Origin: a virus
Taxonomy: Duplodnaviria; Caudoviricetes
DNA length: 36,458 nt
Reading direction: 5' to 3' (one strand)
Virus record (IMG/VR): IMGVR_UViG_3300027672_000033
Coordinates: 1-36,458 of that record
Position 1 is the stretch's first letter; each line of letters starts with the position of its first letter. The notes below the pieces were generated by a model. The model was not told the DNA's origin and made no database searches. It was given only the letters and a program-made list of their open reading frames with translations. Shown here in pieces: positions 24,847 through 35,535 of this stretch. Position numbers and translations under genes: made by a program.

Positions 24847-25628
24847 TGGCAGGAAATAAACCAGATATTAACCCAAAAGAAACTAATCTACAAGATAGAG
24901 CACTTCAAGTCAGTAGAAAGGATGATAGTATACAGAACTATAACGTCGGTATCAAAGATATTGATGAAGCTATATTCTTCTACTTTAATACTGTGCTAAG
25001 ACCTACAGTAGTTCAAAACGGCACTACATTAAACGTACCTTTAGTTTATGGCTCACCAGAGAGATGGAAAGCTATGCAAGCTGACGGATATTATAGAGAT
25101 AAAAACGGTAAGATGCAATCTCCGTTGATTGTATTTAGACGAGATAGCATTGAAAAGAATAGAGAGCTAGGTAATAAACTAGACGGTAATAATCCTCATA
25201 ATTTCGGTATATTTAAAAAGAAATTTTCTAAGAGTAACGTATACGATAACTTTAGTGTACTTAATAATAGAAAACCAGAAGAAGAGATATTTGCAGTAGC
25301 TATTCCAGATTATGTTAATATAAAATATTCATGTATTATATATACTGACTATATGGAACAGAATAATAAGATTATAGAAGGGGTTAACTTTGCATCTGAT
25401 TCATATTGGGGAGACCCTAGTAAGTTTAGATTCAGAGCTATGATAGATACGTATAATACAGTAACAGAACTAGCACAAGGATCTGACCGCTTAGTAAAGA
25501 CAGAGTTTGCTATTAATTTACTTGGGCATATAGTAACTGATACAGTAAATGCACTACCCTTTAATACAAAGAAGTACTCAAATAAGACTTCTTTTAAAAT
25601 TACTGGTGAATCAACTGACAGCCTTTAG
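24846..25628 (+). CDS. Tail completion/terminator protein (T4 gp15-like)
   Basis: VPLVYGSPERW, PLIVF, PDYVNIKYSCIIYT, QNNKIIE. Confidence 0.65.
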   Translation: MAGNKPDINPKETNLQDRALQVSRKDDSIQNYNVGIKDIDEAIFFYFNTVLRPTVVQNGTTLNVPLVYGSPERWKAMQADGYYRDKNGKMQSPLIVFRRDSIEKNRELGNKLDGNNPHNFGIFKKKFSKSNVYDNFSVLNNRKPEEEIFAVAIPDYVNIKYSCIIYTDYMEQNNKIIEGVNFASDSYWGDPSKFRFRAMIDTYNTVTELAQGSDRLVKTEFAINLLGHIVTDTVNALPFNTKKYSNKTSFKITGESTDSL

Positions 25629-25638
25629 TCAATTTTGC

Positions 25639-25646
25639 TATTTATA
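25639..25646 (+). promoter_or_regulatory. TATTTATA putative late promoter
   Basis: Lies in the gap before ATG 25692. Confidence 0.6.
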
Positions 25647-25691
25647 ATCAATCGGTTGCATATAGGTAAGAATTAGAACATAATTAATAGT

Positions 25692-28600
25692 ATGTCAAGA
25701 ATATTTAGTGAATTATCAGGTTCGTTAACCTTTAGATCTGGAAGTACTCTACAGGCTGCACTTAATCCGAGTGCAAACGCCTTAGGACTTACTGGATCAT
25801 TGAATATAACAGGATCTTCACTTACTTTTAACGGGACAGATGTAATACAACGTATAGCCACATTAGAAGCTGGCTCAGTCGATGTATCCTTAGTGGATTT
25901 AAATCAAGCCTCTGCTTCATTATATGCATATACAGCCTCTAACGATATATCATCAGCATCTTTTGATAATAGAATAGATGATTTAGAGTCAACTACAACA
26001 GTACATACTTCTGATATAACAACACTACAAGCAGCTACTAGTTCCTACATAGCTAGTATGGCAACTTTAACAGCTGCAGGGTTTATATCATCTAGTAACT
26101 CATCAGTTATATCATCTTCAACTCAAATAGCTGGCTTGGGGTATATAACTTCCGCAGGAGTATCAGTTCCAGCAGGAACCGTATCTTCTTCACAACAAAT
26201 ATCAGATTTAGAGTTTTTACAGTCTAATAGTTCTAATATAGTATCATCCTCTACTCAGATAACTGACTTAGGGTTCCTTACTTCAATACCAGCTAATGTA
26301 ATATCAGCTTCTAGTCAAATAAGTGATCTAGGGTTCATTACTGCAGCAGGAGTAACCCATCCAGCAGGTATAATATCAGCTTCTGGGCAGATCTCTGCAT
26401 TAGGGTTCATTACTTCAAGCGGAACTGGGTCAGCTAATTTATCAGCATTAAATACATATACAGCTTCAAATGATATAGCATCTGCTTCATTTGATAGTAG
26501 ATTAGATGTAGTAGAACTTGTATCTGGGTCAAGTCATACACAGAGATTAGCACTAAGTGCTTCTCAAGCACTAGTTACTACCTCTTATACAAATCTTACA
26601 GGTAAACCAGTCGGTATTGTTTCTGCATCTAGCCAAATATCAGCATTAGGTTTTTTAACGTCATCTCATGCAGATATTACGTCTTTAAATGCCTATACAG
26701 CATCTAATGATATATCTTCAGCATCATTCGACAGTAGAATTGATGATAGAGCAACTAAATTAACAAATACCTTCGTAGGTCAACAAATAGTATCAGGAAG
26801 TATAATACCCGGTGCTATTACTAACGACTTAGGTTCTTCAACTAAACCTTGGCAACATATTTATGTAAGTTCAGGATCTATTAAGTTTACTAACCCAGAT
26901 GGTAGTGAACAATCTAACTTTAATAACCAATTTAACGGTAATAGGGTAGTTTCTAATACAGAACATCCTTTATTTAACTCATATAACCCAGGAACAGATA
27001 ATACCCTTGCAGATTTCTTAGAAGCAGTCTTTTATCCCAATACAGCACCTACTATCTCTACAGGTAACCAAGTAGTAGCAGAGTATGAACCAATTGGAAC
27101 AAGTTTAGTTACATTAGCTGGTGCAGATGCTGAATCTCAAGCTATTACATTTACAATAGACAGTTCTTATACAGATGGCTATGTAAATATTGTAAGTGGA
27201 GTACTAAAACTAGCAGTATTACCTACAGTAGCAGCATTTAATACAGCTAATAGAGGAGATGATACATTAGCACACCCTGTAATCGTAAGAGCAACAGATA
27301 CTATAGGAGCTTTTACATTAAAGACAATATACGTAACAGTAACTGCTAATGCAGCACCACAATTTAGAGAAACAAGTGTTGGAGGTAATGTAATTAGCTC
27401 TTTTAGTGTATCTAGAAATGAAAACGCATCTGCTGGAGAGATAACAAAGATATATTTTACAGATACTGAAACAGACACTATAACAATCACATCAGGATCA
27501 GATTCAGGTGCTTTATTTAGTATAGTCAAGTCAGCAACCTATGTAACTATCAATCAAGTAACTGGTTCATTAGATTATGAGACAGATACTGCACATATAT
27601 TAAGCATTACAGCATCAGATCAACATTTCAGTGATGGGGATGACAATAATTCATTTGTTCAGATACCTATTACTATTAACGTAACAGATAATGTACAGCC
27701 AACTGTTAATGCTCAAACAGTTACTGGATTAAGTGAGAATAGTGCAGGTAATGCAGCTGCAGGAACAATAACAGCAACTGATCCAGAAGGAGATACCATA
27801 GTATTTAAAACAGTTACATTAATTGGTATAGAATTAGATTCATCAGCAATCTCGTTAGGTACATACACTGGGACTAGTGTCTCTGATCCAACAGAAAATG
27901 CTTTTGACATATCATCAACCGGAGTAGTAACAAGAAAAGCAGCAGTTTTCCTTAACTCCGATATAGTTAATAGCTATAAGTACCGAGTTACTGTTACTGA
28001 TGCATATAACAACGGTACAGATACAGGTATAATAACAATCCCGATATCTGATGATGGTGCTCCTACTATTAGTGGAGAGACTTCTTTATATGTAATTGAA
28101 TCAGCTACTAATGGATCATCATTATACGATAATTCAAATGGATACTCTGGAACTACATCACAATTTACAGCTAATCAATCAGTAACATGGGGTGTCACAC
28201 CGAACAGTAAGTTAGCAATTAATAGCTCAGGCTATCTAACAGTTAATTATAATGTATCAGGATCATCTGACGTAGGAGGAACACAGATTAACGGAACAGT
28301 AACAGCAACTAATGCTTTTAATACACCTTCAACACAGAACTTTACATTAAACGTAACAGATAATACAGCCCCTACTATAACCTTTACAGATGTAGCGGCA
28401 AATCTAAATACTAATAAAGCAGTTTCACCTAATAACGTAACTACAATATCATTCTCAGATTCAGAAGGAGATGGAGTGGATTTAGGTAGCTATGTCTTTA
28501 ATAATAATGGAAATGCATTAACTTCAGTAGCATCTGGAGATAATTTTATCATAAGACCTTCAGCTCCGTTAACAGCAGGTACATATAGCTTTACTGCTAC

Positions 28601-29864
28601 TATAAAAGATACACATGCATTTGCAACGAGAGTATCAACGCATTCTATCGCTATTGCTCAAGCAGGAAGCGGTACATTAACTAACAACGGTACATATTAT
28701 ATAATTGAATCAGCAGTAAATGGAGCATTAGTTAGAACTAATTCAAATGGAAGAACAGGAACACAAGGAGATCTTGGTGTTACCTACTCTCCTAACTACG
28801 GAGCACAATCTGTAGCATCATTTGCATCATCTAATTCAGCAATTGTTGTAGCATCCAACGGTAATTTAAGTTTAGGTTTAAATATAAGTGGTTCAGCAAC
28901 AGGATCTGGAGATACAATAGTATCTAATATAACGTATACAGACCAATATAGTAATTCCGGTACAACAGCTATAACAGTTAATGTAACAGCTAATAGCTCA
29001 CCAGTTCCTACTATATCTCCATTAGGAAGTTTAGAAACTGATAACGTTGCTTCCGGTTCAACAGCAGCAACAGTAGCAATCTCTGATACAGAAACAGATT
29101 ACCCTATTACAGTAGCACTATCAGGTACACACGCAAGTAGTTTTATACCGGTTGCTAATAATGGGAATGGAACATCCTTTAATATTAATGCAGCATCTGC
29201 TTTAGCAGCAGGAACATATAGTTTTACTGTAACAGCAACAGATGCCTTTGGTAAAACAGGAGCTGCTTCCACCAATGTAACCATAGCACAGTCAGCTGAT
29301 TATGGAAGAGTGTACATATATACATCAACATATGGTTCAGATGCAGGATTTGGAGGAAACTACAACGCAGTAATGGGAGCATCAAGTTTAAACAGCGATA
29401 CTCCTCCGGAAGTAACTGCTTATACAGGAAATACATCATCACCATATTATAAATTTAAGACTGGTGATGTAGGATCTAGCTCTATTACATTAGCTGGTAG
29501 TACAACAGCAACATTAAGAGCTACTGTTAGTGGTTCAAACTTAGATACAGTATTACAATCAGCTGGTACAATAACAGCAGCGACAACTGGACAAGCAATC
29601 ATACTATTTCCATCAGGATCTGATATGACAGTCCCAAATTCAATTCAAGAGTCGTTTAATAATGTAGCAGGTGGTGCAGTCCCCTGTATGGATGTAGATG
29701 GAAATGGATTTGGAATAGAATCAGGAGTATTACACTCTTTTACTTTAGATACAGCACACCTAGGGTACACTGAATGGTTTGTTTTTGGAAGAAAATCTAG
29801 AAACTCCTCAGCAAGCGGTTTCAAAATAAGATTAGTTGCAGCAAATGGAAGTTTACCAACATAA
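25692..29864 (+). CDS. Large virion fibre/adhesin with N-terminal Ser-rich repeats and tandem cadherin/Ig-like domains
   Basis: S/T/G/A-rich; cadherin-like motifs NTAPTI, NAAPQF, LDYETD, TDNVQP, ATDPEGD, DDGAPTI, TDNTAPTI, DSEGD. Confidence 0.8.
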   Translation: MSRIFSELSGSLTFRSGSTLQAALNPSANALGLTGSLNITGSSLTFNGTDVIQRIATLEAGSVDVSLVDLNQASASLYAYTASNDISSASFDNRIDDLESTTTVHTSDITTLQAATSSYIASMATLTAAGFISSSNSSVISSSTQIAGLGYITSAGVSVPAGTVSSSQQISDLEFLQSNSSNIVSSSTQITDLGFLTSIPANVISASSQISDLGFITAAGVTHPAGIISASGQISALGFITSSGTGSANLSALNTYTASNDIASASFDSRLDVVELVSGSSHTQRLALSASQALVTTSYTNLTGKPVGIVSASSQISALGFLTSSHADITSLNAYTASNDISSASFDSRIDDRATKLTNTFVGQQIVSGSIIPGAITNDLGSSTKPWQHIYVSSGSIKFTNPDGSEQSNFNNQFNGNRVVSNTEHPLFNSYNPGTDNTLADFLEAVFYPNTAPTISTGNQVVAEYEPIGTSLVTLAGADAESQAITFTIDSSYTDGYVNIVSGVLKLAVLPTVAAFNTANRGDDTLAHPVIVRATDTIGAFTLKTIYVTVTANAAPQFRETSVGGNVISSFSVSRNENASAGEITKIYFTDTETDTITITSGSDSGALFSIVKSATYVTINQVTGSLDYETDTAHILSITASDQHFSDGDDNNSFVQIPITINVTDNVQPTVNAQTVTGLSENSAGNAAAGTITATDPEGDTIVFKTVTLIGIELDSSAISLGTYTGTSVSDPTENAFDISSTGVVTRKAAVFLNSDIVNSYKYRVTVTDAYNNGTDTGIITIPISDDGAPTISGETSLYVIESATNGSSLYDNSNGYSGTTSQFTANQSVTWGVTPNSKLAINSSGYLTVNYNVSGSSDVGGTQINGTVTATNAFNTPSTQNFTLNVTDNTAPTITFTDVAANLNTNKAVSPNNVTTISFSDSEGDGVDLGSYVFNNNGNALTSVASGDNFIIRPSAPLTAGTYSFTATIKDTHAFATRVSTHSIAIAQAGSGTLTNNGTYYIIESAVNGALVRTNSNGRTGTQGDLGVTYSPNYGAQSVASFASSNSAIVVASNGNLSLGLNISGSATGSGDTIVSNITYTDQYSNSGTTAITVNVTANSSPVPTISPLGSLETDNVASGSTAATVAISDTETDYPITVALSGTHASSFIPVANNGNGTSFNINAASALAAGTYSFTVTATDAFGKTGAASTNVTIAQSADYGRVYIYTSTYGSDAGFGGNYNAVMGASSLNSDTPPEVTAYTGNTSSPYYKFKTGDVGSSSITLAGSTTATLRATVSGSNLDTVLQSAGTITAATTGQAIILFPSGSDMTVPNSIQESFNNVAGGAVPCMDVDGNGFGIESGVLHSFTLDTAHLGYTEWFVFGRKSRNSSASGFKIRLVAANGSLPT
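25920..26750 (+). repeat. Two interleaved protein repeat families
   Basis: Six copies of S[SA]SxQIxxL[GE][FY][IL]x[SA] and three of YTASNDI[SA]SASFD[NS]R[IL]D. Boundaries approximate. Confidence 0.8.
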
Positions 29865-29884
29865 TTATAATAAAGAAAGATTAA

Positions 29885-30688
29885 ATGCCATTATTTAGTT
29901 CAAAATTAGAGTTAACAACAGCAGCCAAGTCCGCTGGTACTGCCCTTGCGGATATATCCTATCTAAAAGGTTCGTTTTATACTGTTGCTACCCTAAGTGC
30001 ACTAAATGCAATTCCAGTAACAAGATGTTCAAATAAACAAATTGTCTGGGTCGAGGGAGAAACTAAAACTTACCAAGCCACTGTAGTATTAGCAGATTAT
30101 GAGTATGTATTTTCCGATTCAGTATCATGGGCTGAATTTACAGGCTTTGGAAGTGCTGGAGGTGGAGGATCATCAACTGTTGGAAACTTAAGTGATGTTA
30201 CAACAGGATCATTATCAAATGGACAAGTCCTTCAATGGAATGCTTCAACTAGTAAATGGGAAGCTAGTAATGTATCAGGAACAGGAGATATATCAGCAGT
30301 ATTTGCAGGAGATGGATTATCCGGAGGAGGAACAGCAGGATCAGTATCCTTAGATGTCTCTGCAGGATCAGGAATTGACTTAACAGGAGGAACTGTTAAT
30401 GTAAATACATCATCAGCACACTTTATAACATCAGTACAGAACCTAGACGTATTTAATGCTACAGGTTCAGTCTGGAATACAACAAGGTCAATTGGAATTA
30501 CAGGATCATTAACACTAAGACAAGACGGTTCAGGAGATGGACTTGCTATATACTCAGGTTCAGTTAAAACATTCGGAATTACTGGTGACGGACTACTTAG
30601 ATTAGTCACTCAATCATCAACTCCCTCTGCAACTGCTGGAACTTTGTATTTAGATTCAAATTATAACTTATTTATTGGACAAGAATAG
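29885..30688 (+). CDS. Virion fibre-associated structural protein
   Basis: LSDVTTGSLSNGQVLQWNASTSKWE and GDISAVFAGDGLSGGG fibre-type motifs; G/S/T-rich. Confidence 0.65.
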   Translation: MPLFSSKLELTTAAKSAGTALADISYLKGSFYTVATLSALNAIPVTRCSNKQIVWVEGETKTYQATVVLADYEYVFSDSVSWAEFTGFGSAGGGGSSTVGNLSDVTTGSLSNGQVLQWNASTSKWEASNVSGTGDISAVFAGDGLSGGGTAGSVSLDVSAGSGIDLTGGTVNVNTSSAHFITSVQNLDVFNATGSVWNTTRSIGITGSLTLRQDGSGDGLAIYSGSVKTFGITGDGLLRLVTQSSTPSATAGTLYLDSNYNLFIGQE

Positions 30689-30700
30689 ATAATAGTTACA

Positions 30701-30708
30701 TATTTATT
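30701..30708 (+). promoter_or_regulatory. TATTTAT[A/T] putative late promoter
   Basis: TATTTATT upstream of ATG 30741. Confidence 0.55.
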
Positions 30709-30740
30709 AAAAGAACATAACAACTTAAAAATTTATAAAG

Positions 30741-33700
30741 ATGCCAACATGGAAAAAGGTCGTCGTATCAGGGTCAGCAATTAGCCAACTCACAAATGAC
30801 GCAAATTATTTAGCAGCAGCATTCTCTGCTTCGATTGATACTAGAATAGACACTTTAGAAGCTGGCGGCGATCTTTCTGGATCTGCTCACATTAGAAGAG
30901 GCCAATTATCCGGCTCTGCAGCAACAGCACTAAGATCAGAATATGTAGCAGGTGATACTGCTTTATCTGGATCAGCTCATGCACAACGTGTAATTGAAAA
31001 GAATATTGCAGCAGGATTAGTAACTGGTTTAGCAAATGGAGCAGTAGCTACTAACGCATCAAACATTAGTGCTTTATCTGGATCAGCTCATACTAACGTA
31101 ATAAGCAAAATATCTGTAATAAGTGCTTCAGCTCATACTCAAAGAGGAGCAATTAGCGCTTCATTAAATTCAGCAATTGCTGGTTTAGGTAGTGACTATG
31201 CAACAGATGTAGAATTAGGAAACGTTTCTAGTTCATTTGTAACTACACAAGCAGCATTAAGTAGCTCAGCACATACAGACCGTATAGCTAAAGTTAACGT
31301 ATTAAGCGGATCAGCTCACTCTCAAAGAGTAATTGAAAAGAATATTGCAGCAGGTTTAGTAACAGGACTAAGTAACGGAGCAGTAGCAGCCAATGCAACA
31401 TCTATAACTAACTTATCTGGATCTTCAGCAGCAGCATTAAGAACGGAATACGTAGCAGGTGATACAGCATTAAGTAGTTCAGCTCACGCTCAAAGAGTAA
31501 TAGAGAAAAACATAGCATCAGGCTTAGTAACTGGTTTAGCGAATGGAGCAGTAGCTACTAACGCAACATCTATAACTAATTTATCTGGATCTTCAGCAGC
31601 AGCTATTAGATCAGAATATGTAGCATCTACTTTAGCATTAAGTGGTTCAGGACATATTAGAAGAAATCAAATCTCAGCTTCTTTAGCAGCATCTATAGCA
31701 GCTAATGATGGAGATTTTGCAACAGTAACAGCTCTAAACACAGTATCAGCTTCGGTTAAAGACTTTGCCACTGCAGCAGTAGCAGCCTCAATAGATGCAG
31801 CACCTGAAGCATTAAATACTTTAAACGAATTAGCAGCAGCTTTAGGCGATGATGGGAACTTCTCTGCATCACTTCATACTGCAACAGCTTTAAGAGTCAA
31901 AACAACAACCTTCAATACTTACTCTGGATCTTCAGCATCAGCTATTAGATCAGAATACGTAGCAGGTGATACTGCACTTAGTGGATCAGCTCACGCTCAA
32001 AGAGTTATTGAAAAGAATATAGCAGCAGGATTAGTAACCGGTTTAGCAAATGGAGCAGTAGCAACCAATGCTACATCCATAACTAACCTATCTGGTTCTA
32101 GTGCATCGGCATTAAGAGCAGAGAGAGTAGCTGGAGACAGTGCTTTATCTGGATCAGCTCATGGACAGAGAGTTGTTGAAAAGAATATAGCAGCAGGACT
32201 AGTAACAGCTTTAAGTAACGGAGCAGTAGCAACCAATGCTACATCCATTACCAATCTATCTTCTTCGGCAGCAACTGCAGGAAGAACAGAATTAACTGCA
32301 ATTAGTGCTTCAGCACATACAGCAAGATCTTCAGGAGCAACTTCTGGATCATCTCATACTCAAAGAGTAGCTTTAATAGCAACATTATCTGGATCTGCAG
32401 CAGCAGCAAATAATAGCTCAGCAATAACAGTTAGAAACTTAACAGGACAAGCAGTAGTAGCTTCTTCCTTCCAAGGAGATGGATCTAACTTATCAAACAT
32501 AACAGTAGATCAGAACGCTACCGTATCTTCTACTTACTCTAATGTAACTACTCATGCAGTTACTCACAACTTTGGAACTAAGAATGTAATAGTACAGATA
32601 TATGATAATAATGACCAGGTACTTATTCCTGCATCTATTACATCAACAAGTACTAATGTATCAACAGTTACTTTTGATGGGTCTTCTTCTGGTACAGTAG
32701 TAATAGCAAGAGGTGGACATGTAGTATCAGGATCTATTCCTTATGCAAACTTAATTAACACTCCTTCTGCATCATTTAGCTCTAGAATAGATAATTTATC
32801 TGGATCAGGACATGCAGATAGATTAGCTAAAGTAAATGTATTAAGCGGATCAGCTCATACAGACAGAGTAGCTAGAGTAAATGTATTAAGTGGATCAGCT
32901 CATACGAACGTAATAAATAAGATATCTGTAATTAGTGCTTCTTTAGCATCAACAATTGCAGCTAACGACGGAGATTTTGCTACAGTAACAGCTGTAAATA
33001 CAATATCAGCATCAGTTAAAGACTATGCCGATGCAGCAGTTGCAGCATCCATTGACGCAGCTCCAGCAGCTTTAGATACTTTAAATGAGTTAGCAGCAGC
33101 ATTAGGTGATGATGGAAACTTCTCAGCCTCTTTACATACTGCTACATCTTTAAGAGTTAAAACAACAACCTTTAATACTTACTCAGGATCTAGTGCATCA
33201 GCATTAAGAACTGAATATGTAGCAGGTGATACTGCTTTAAGCGGATCAGCTCATGCTCAAAGAGTAATAGAGAAAAATATAGCAGCAGGATTAGTAACAG
33301 GACTAAGTAACGGTGCAGTAGCAACCAATGCAACATCCATAACCAATCTATCTGGTTCTAGCGCAACTGCAATGAGAGCAGAAAGAGTAGCAGGTGATTC
33401 TGCCTTATCTGGTTCATCTCATGCACAACGTGTAATAGAAAAGAATATTGCAGCAGGATTAGTAACAGCTTTAAGTAATGGAGCAGTAGCAGCCAATGCA
33501 ACATCCATAACCAATCTATCTGGTTCTAGTGCAGCAGCATTAAGAACAGAATATAAAGCTGGTGATACAGCCTTGAGCTCTTCTTTAAATACTAGAATAG
33601 TATCTTTAGAAGGTGCAGGAACAGTAGCATCCTTAAGTGGTTCAGCTCATGCACAACGTGTAATAGAGAAGAATATAGCTTCAGGATTAGTATCTAGTTT

Positions 33701-35273
33701 ATCTGGATCAGCTCATACTGATAGAATTGCTAAGGTAAGTACATTATCTGGATCAGCTCATACGAATGTAATAAGTAAAATTTCAGTACTTAGTGCATCC
33801 ATTGCTAATAATGACCCTGGATTTGCAACAGTATCAGCTGTAAATACAGTATCAGCTTCGGTTAAAGATTATGCCGATGCAGCAGTTGCCGCATCCATTG
33901 ATGCAGCACCAGAGGCATTAAACACTCTTAATGAGTTAGCAGCCGCTTTAGGTGATGATGGAAACTTTTCTGCTTCACTTCATACAGCAACATCTTTAAG
34001 AGTTAAGACAACAACCTTTAATACCTATTCAGGATCAGCAGCAGCAGCTATTAGATCAGAATACGTAGCCGGGGATAGTGCTTTATCTGGATCAGCTCAT
34101 TCACAACGTGTAATAGAGAAAAACATAGCAGCAGGATTAGTAACAGGACTTGCAAATGGAGCAGTAGCTACTAACGCAACATCTATAACTAACCTATCCG
34201 GTTCTAGTGCAGCAGCCATTAGATCAGAATACGTAGCCGGTGATACAGCATTAAGTTCTTCTTTAAATACTAGAATAGTAAGCTTAGAAGGTGCAGGAAC
34301 AGTATCGGCCTTATCAGGATCATCTGCAACAGCAATGAGAGCAGAAAGAGTAGCTGGAGACAGTGCTTTATCAGGATCATCTCATGCACAGAGAGTAATA
34401 GAGAAAAACATAGCAGCAGGACTAGTAACAGCTTTAAGTAATGGAGCAGTAGCTACTAACGCAACATCTATAACTAACTTATCCGGTTCTAGTGCTACAG
34501 CATTAAGGGCGGAAAGAGTAGCTGGAGACAGTGCTTTATCTGGATCATCTCACGCACAACGTGTAATAGAGAAAAATATTGCAGCAGGATTAGTAACGGC
34601 TTTAAGTAACGGTGCAGTAGCATCCAATGCAACAGCTATAACTAACTTATCTGGTTCTAGTGCAGCAGCTTTAAGAGCAGAATATGCAGCAGCAGATACA
34701 GCATTAAGTTCTTCTCAAAATACATATATAAATGCTAAGGTAGCAGGAATTACTTCTGACTTTACAATATCAGATGGTTCATCTACAGATTCATTTACTA
34801 CTGGTCAAACTTTAACCTTTGCAGGTACGTCTAATGAAATTGAAACTTCAGTTAGTAATAACCAAGTTGCTATCGGAATTGTAACTAACCCAACATTATC
34901 GGGTAACGTAACAGTAACAGGTAACTTAATTGTAACAGGAGACACAATAGAGCAGCAAGTAACTAACTTGAATGTTGAAGATAAGTTTATCTTAATCAAC
35001 TCAGGAAGTACAGCAGGAGACTCCGGTATAATATTTGGAGGATCAGGAGGTACAGCAAATACTGGTACAGCTTTATTCTTTGATGACAGTGCAGACGTAT
35101 TAGCATTAGGAACAGGAGTAGCATTTGGAGCAACAACAGCAGCAGTTGCAGCTAAGGTAGGAACAATAACAGAATCTACTGCAGTACCAACAGCAGCTCC
35201 AACATACCAAGGAGTAGGATCAATGCATGTTAAGACAGATAGTCAAGACATATACATTTATACTGCAGACTAA
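30741..35273 (+). CDS. Long repeat-built tail fibre-like protein (probable trimeric coiled coil)
   Basis: Starts MPTWKKVVVSGS; three APxAL[ND]TLNELAAALGDDGNF tail-fibre motifs; eleven RV[IV]EKNIA repeats; C-terminal VTVTGNLIVTG...NLNVEDKFILIN. Confidence 0.85.
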   Translation: MPTWKKVVVSGSAISQLTNDANYLAAAFSASIDTRIDTLEAGGDLSGSAHIRRGQLSGSAATALRSEYVAGDTALSGSAHAQRVIEKNIAAGLVTGLANGAVATNASNISALSGSAHTNVISKISVISASAHTQRGAISASLNSAIAGLGSDYATDVELGNVSSSFVTTQAALSSSAHTDRIAKVNVLSGSAHSQRVIEKNIAAGLVTGLSNGAVAANATSITNLSGSSAAALRTEYVAGDTALSSSAHAQRVIEKNIASGLVTGLANGAVATNATSITNLSGSSAAAIRSEYVASTLALSGSGHIRRNQISASLAASIAANDGDFATVTALNTVSASVKDFATAAVAASIDAAPEALNTLNELAAALGDDGNFSASLHTATALRVKTTTFNTYSGSSASAIRSEYVAGDTALSGSAHAQRVIEKNIAAGLVTGLANGAVATNATSITNLSGSSASALRAERVAGDSALSGSAHGQRVVEKNIAAGLVTALSNGAVATNATSITNLSSSAATAGRTELTAISASAHTARSSGATSGSSHTQRVALIATLSGSAAAANNSSAITVRNLTGQAVVASSFQGDGSNLSNITVDQNATVSSTYSNVTTHAVTHNFGTKNVIVQIYDNNDQVLIPASITSTSTNVSTVTFDGSSSGTVVIARGGHVVSGSIPYANLINTPSASFSSRIDNLSGSGHADRLAKVNVLSGSAHTDRVARVNVLSGSAHTNVINKISVISASLASTIAANDGDFATVTAVNTISASVKDYADAAVAASIDAAPAALDTLNELAAALGDDGNFSASLHTATSLRVKTTTFNTYSGSSASALRTEYVAGDTALSGSAHAQRVIEKNIAAGLVTGLSNGAVATNATSITNLSGSSATAMRAERVAGDSALSGSSHAQRVIEKNIAAGLVTALSNGAVAANATSITNLSGSSAAALRTEYKAGDTALSSSLNTRIVSLEGAGTVASLSGSAHAQRVIEKNIASGLVSSLSGSAHTDRIAKVSTLSGSAHTNVISKISVLSASIANNDPGFATVSAVNTVSASVKDYADAAVAASIDAAPEALNTLNELAAALGDDGNFSASLHTATSLRVKTTTFNTYSGSAAAAIRSEYVAGDSALSGSAHSQRVIEKNIAAGLVTGLANGAVATNATSITNLSGSSAAAIRSEYVAGDTALSSSLNTRIVSLEGAGTVSALSGSSATAMRAERVAGDSALSGSSHAQRVIEKNIAAGLVTALSNGAVATNATSITNLSGSSATALRAERVAGDSALSGSSHAQRVIEKNIAAGLVTALSNGAVASNATAITNLSGSSAAALRAEYAAADTALSSSQNTYINAKVAGITSDFTISDGSSTDSFTTGQTLTFAGTSNEIETSVSNNQVAIGIVTNPTLSGNVTVTGNLIVTGDTIEQQVTNLNVEDKFILINSGSTAGDSGIIFGGSGGTANTGTALFFDDSADVLALGTGVAFGATTAAVAAKVGTITESTAVPTAAPTYQGVGSMHVKTDSQDIYIYTAD
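30905..34710 (+). repeat. Intragenic repeat array, 56-aa (168-nt) unit plus other units
   Basis: LSGSxAxAxRxExVAGDxALSGSxHxQRVIEKNIAAGLVTxLxNGAVATNATSITN; the His codons of adjacent copies at 31992 and 32160 are 168 nt apart. Boundaries approximate. Confidence 0.9.
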
Positions 35274-35287
35274 TAAAAATAAGTTTA

Positions 35288-35530
35288 ATGATTAAAAGGT
35301 TTTTAAGTAATATGGGAATCATAAGAAATGGTAAAAGTAACATAAAGGGGACAGATGAAAATGCTGTCCCTAAAGTTACAAAACAAGCAAAGAAACAATT
35401 TCTATCAGATAGTGAGATAGGTTTCATAGTAACAAAAATGAGACAAGCTACATATCAAGGATCAGAGTTTGAGACTTTTTATATGGTAATTCAAAAACTA
35501 CAAGGGGAATTAGAAAAAAATAGTAAGTAA
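35288..35530 (+). CDS. Small hypothetical protein (possible fibre assembly chaperone)
   Basis: 80-aa ORF directly after the fibre gene with a helical C-terminus; start may be a downstream Met. Confidence 0.6.
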   Translation: MIKRFLSNMGIIRNGKSNIKGTDENAVPKVTKQAKKQFLSDSEIGFIVTKMRQATYQGSEFETFYMVIQKLQGELEKNSK

Positions 35531-35535
35531 AATTT

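Noticed and set aside
30905-34710. Repeat array as a CRISPR array or DGR template/variable repeat pair
   Set aside because: The repeats are in frame, conserve protein sequence, vary mostly at synonymous positions rather than only at adenines, and have no unique spacers; no cas or reverse transcriptase gene is in the window.
288-35427. All minus-strand ORFs in the track
   Set aside because: They are short antisense shadows of well-supported + strand genes, with S/L/V-rich composition and no recognisable motifs.
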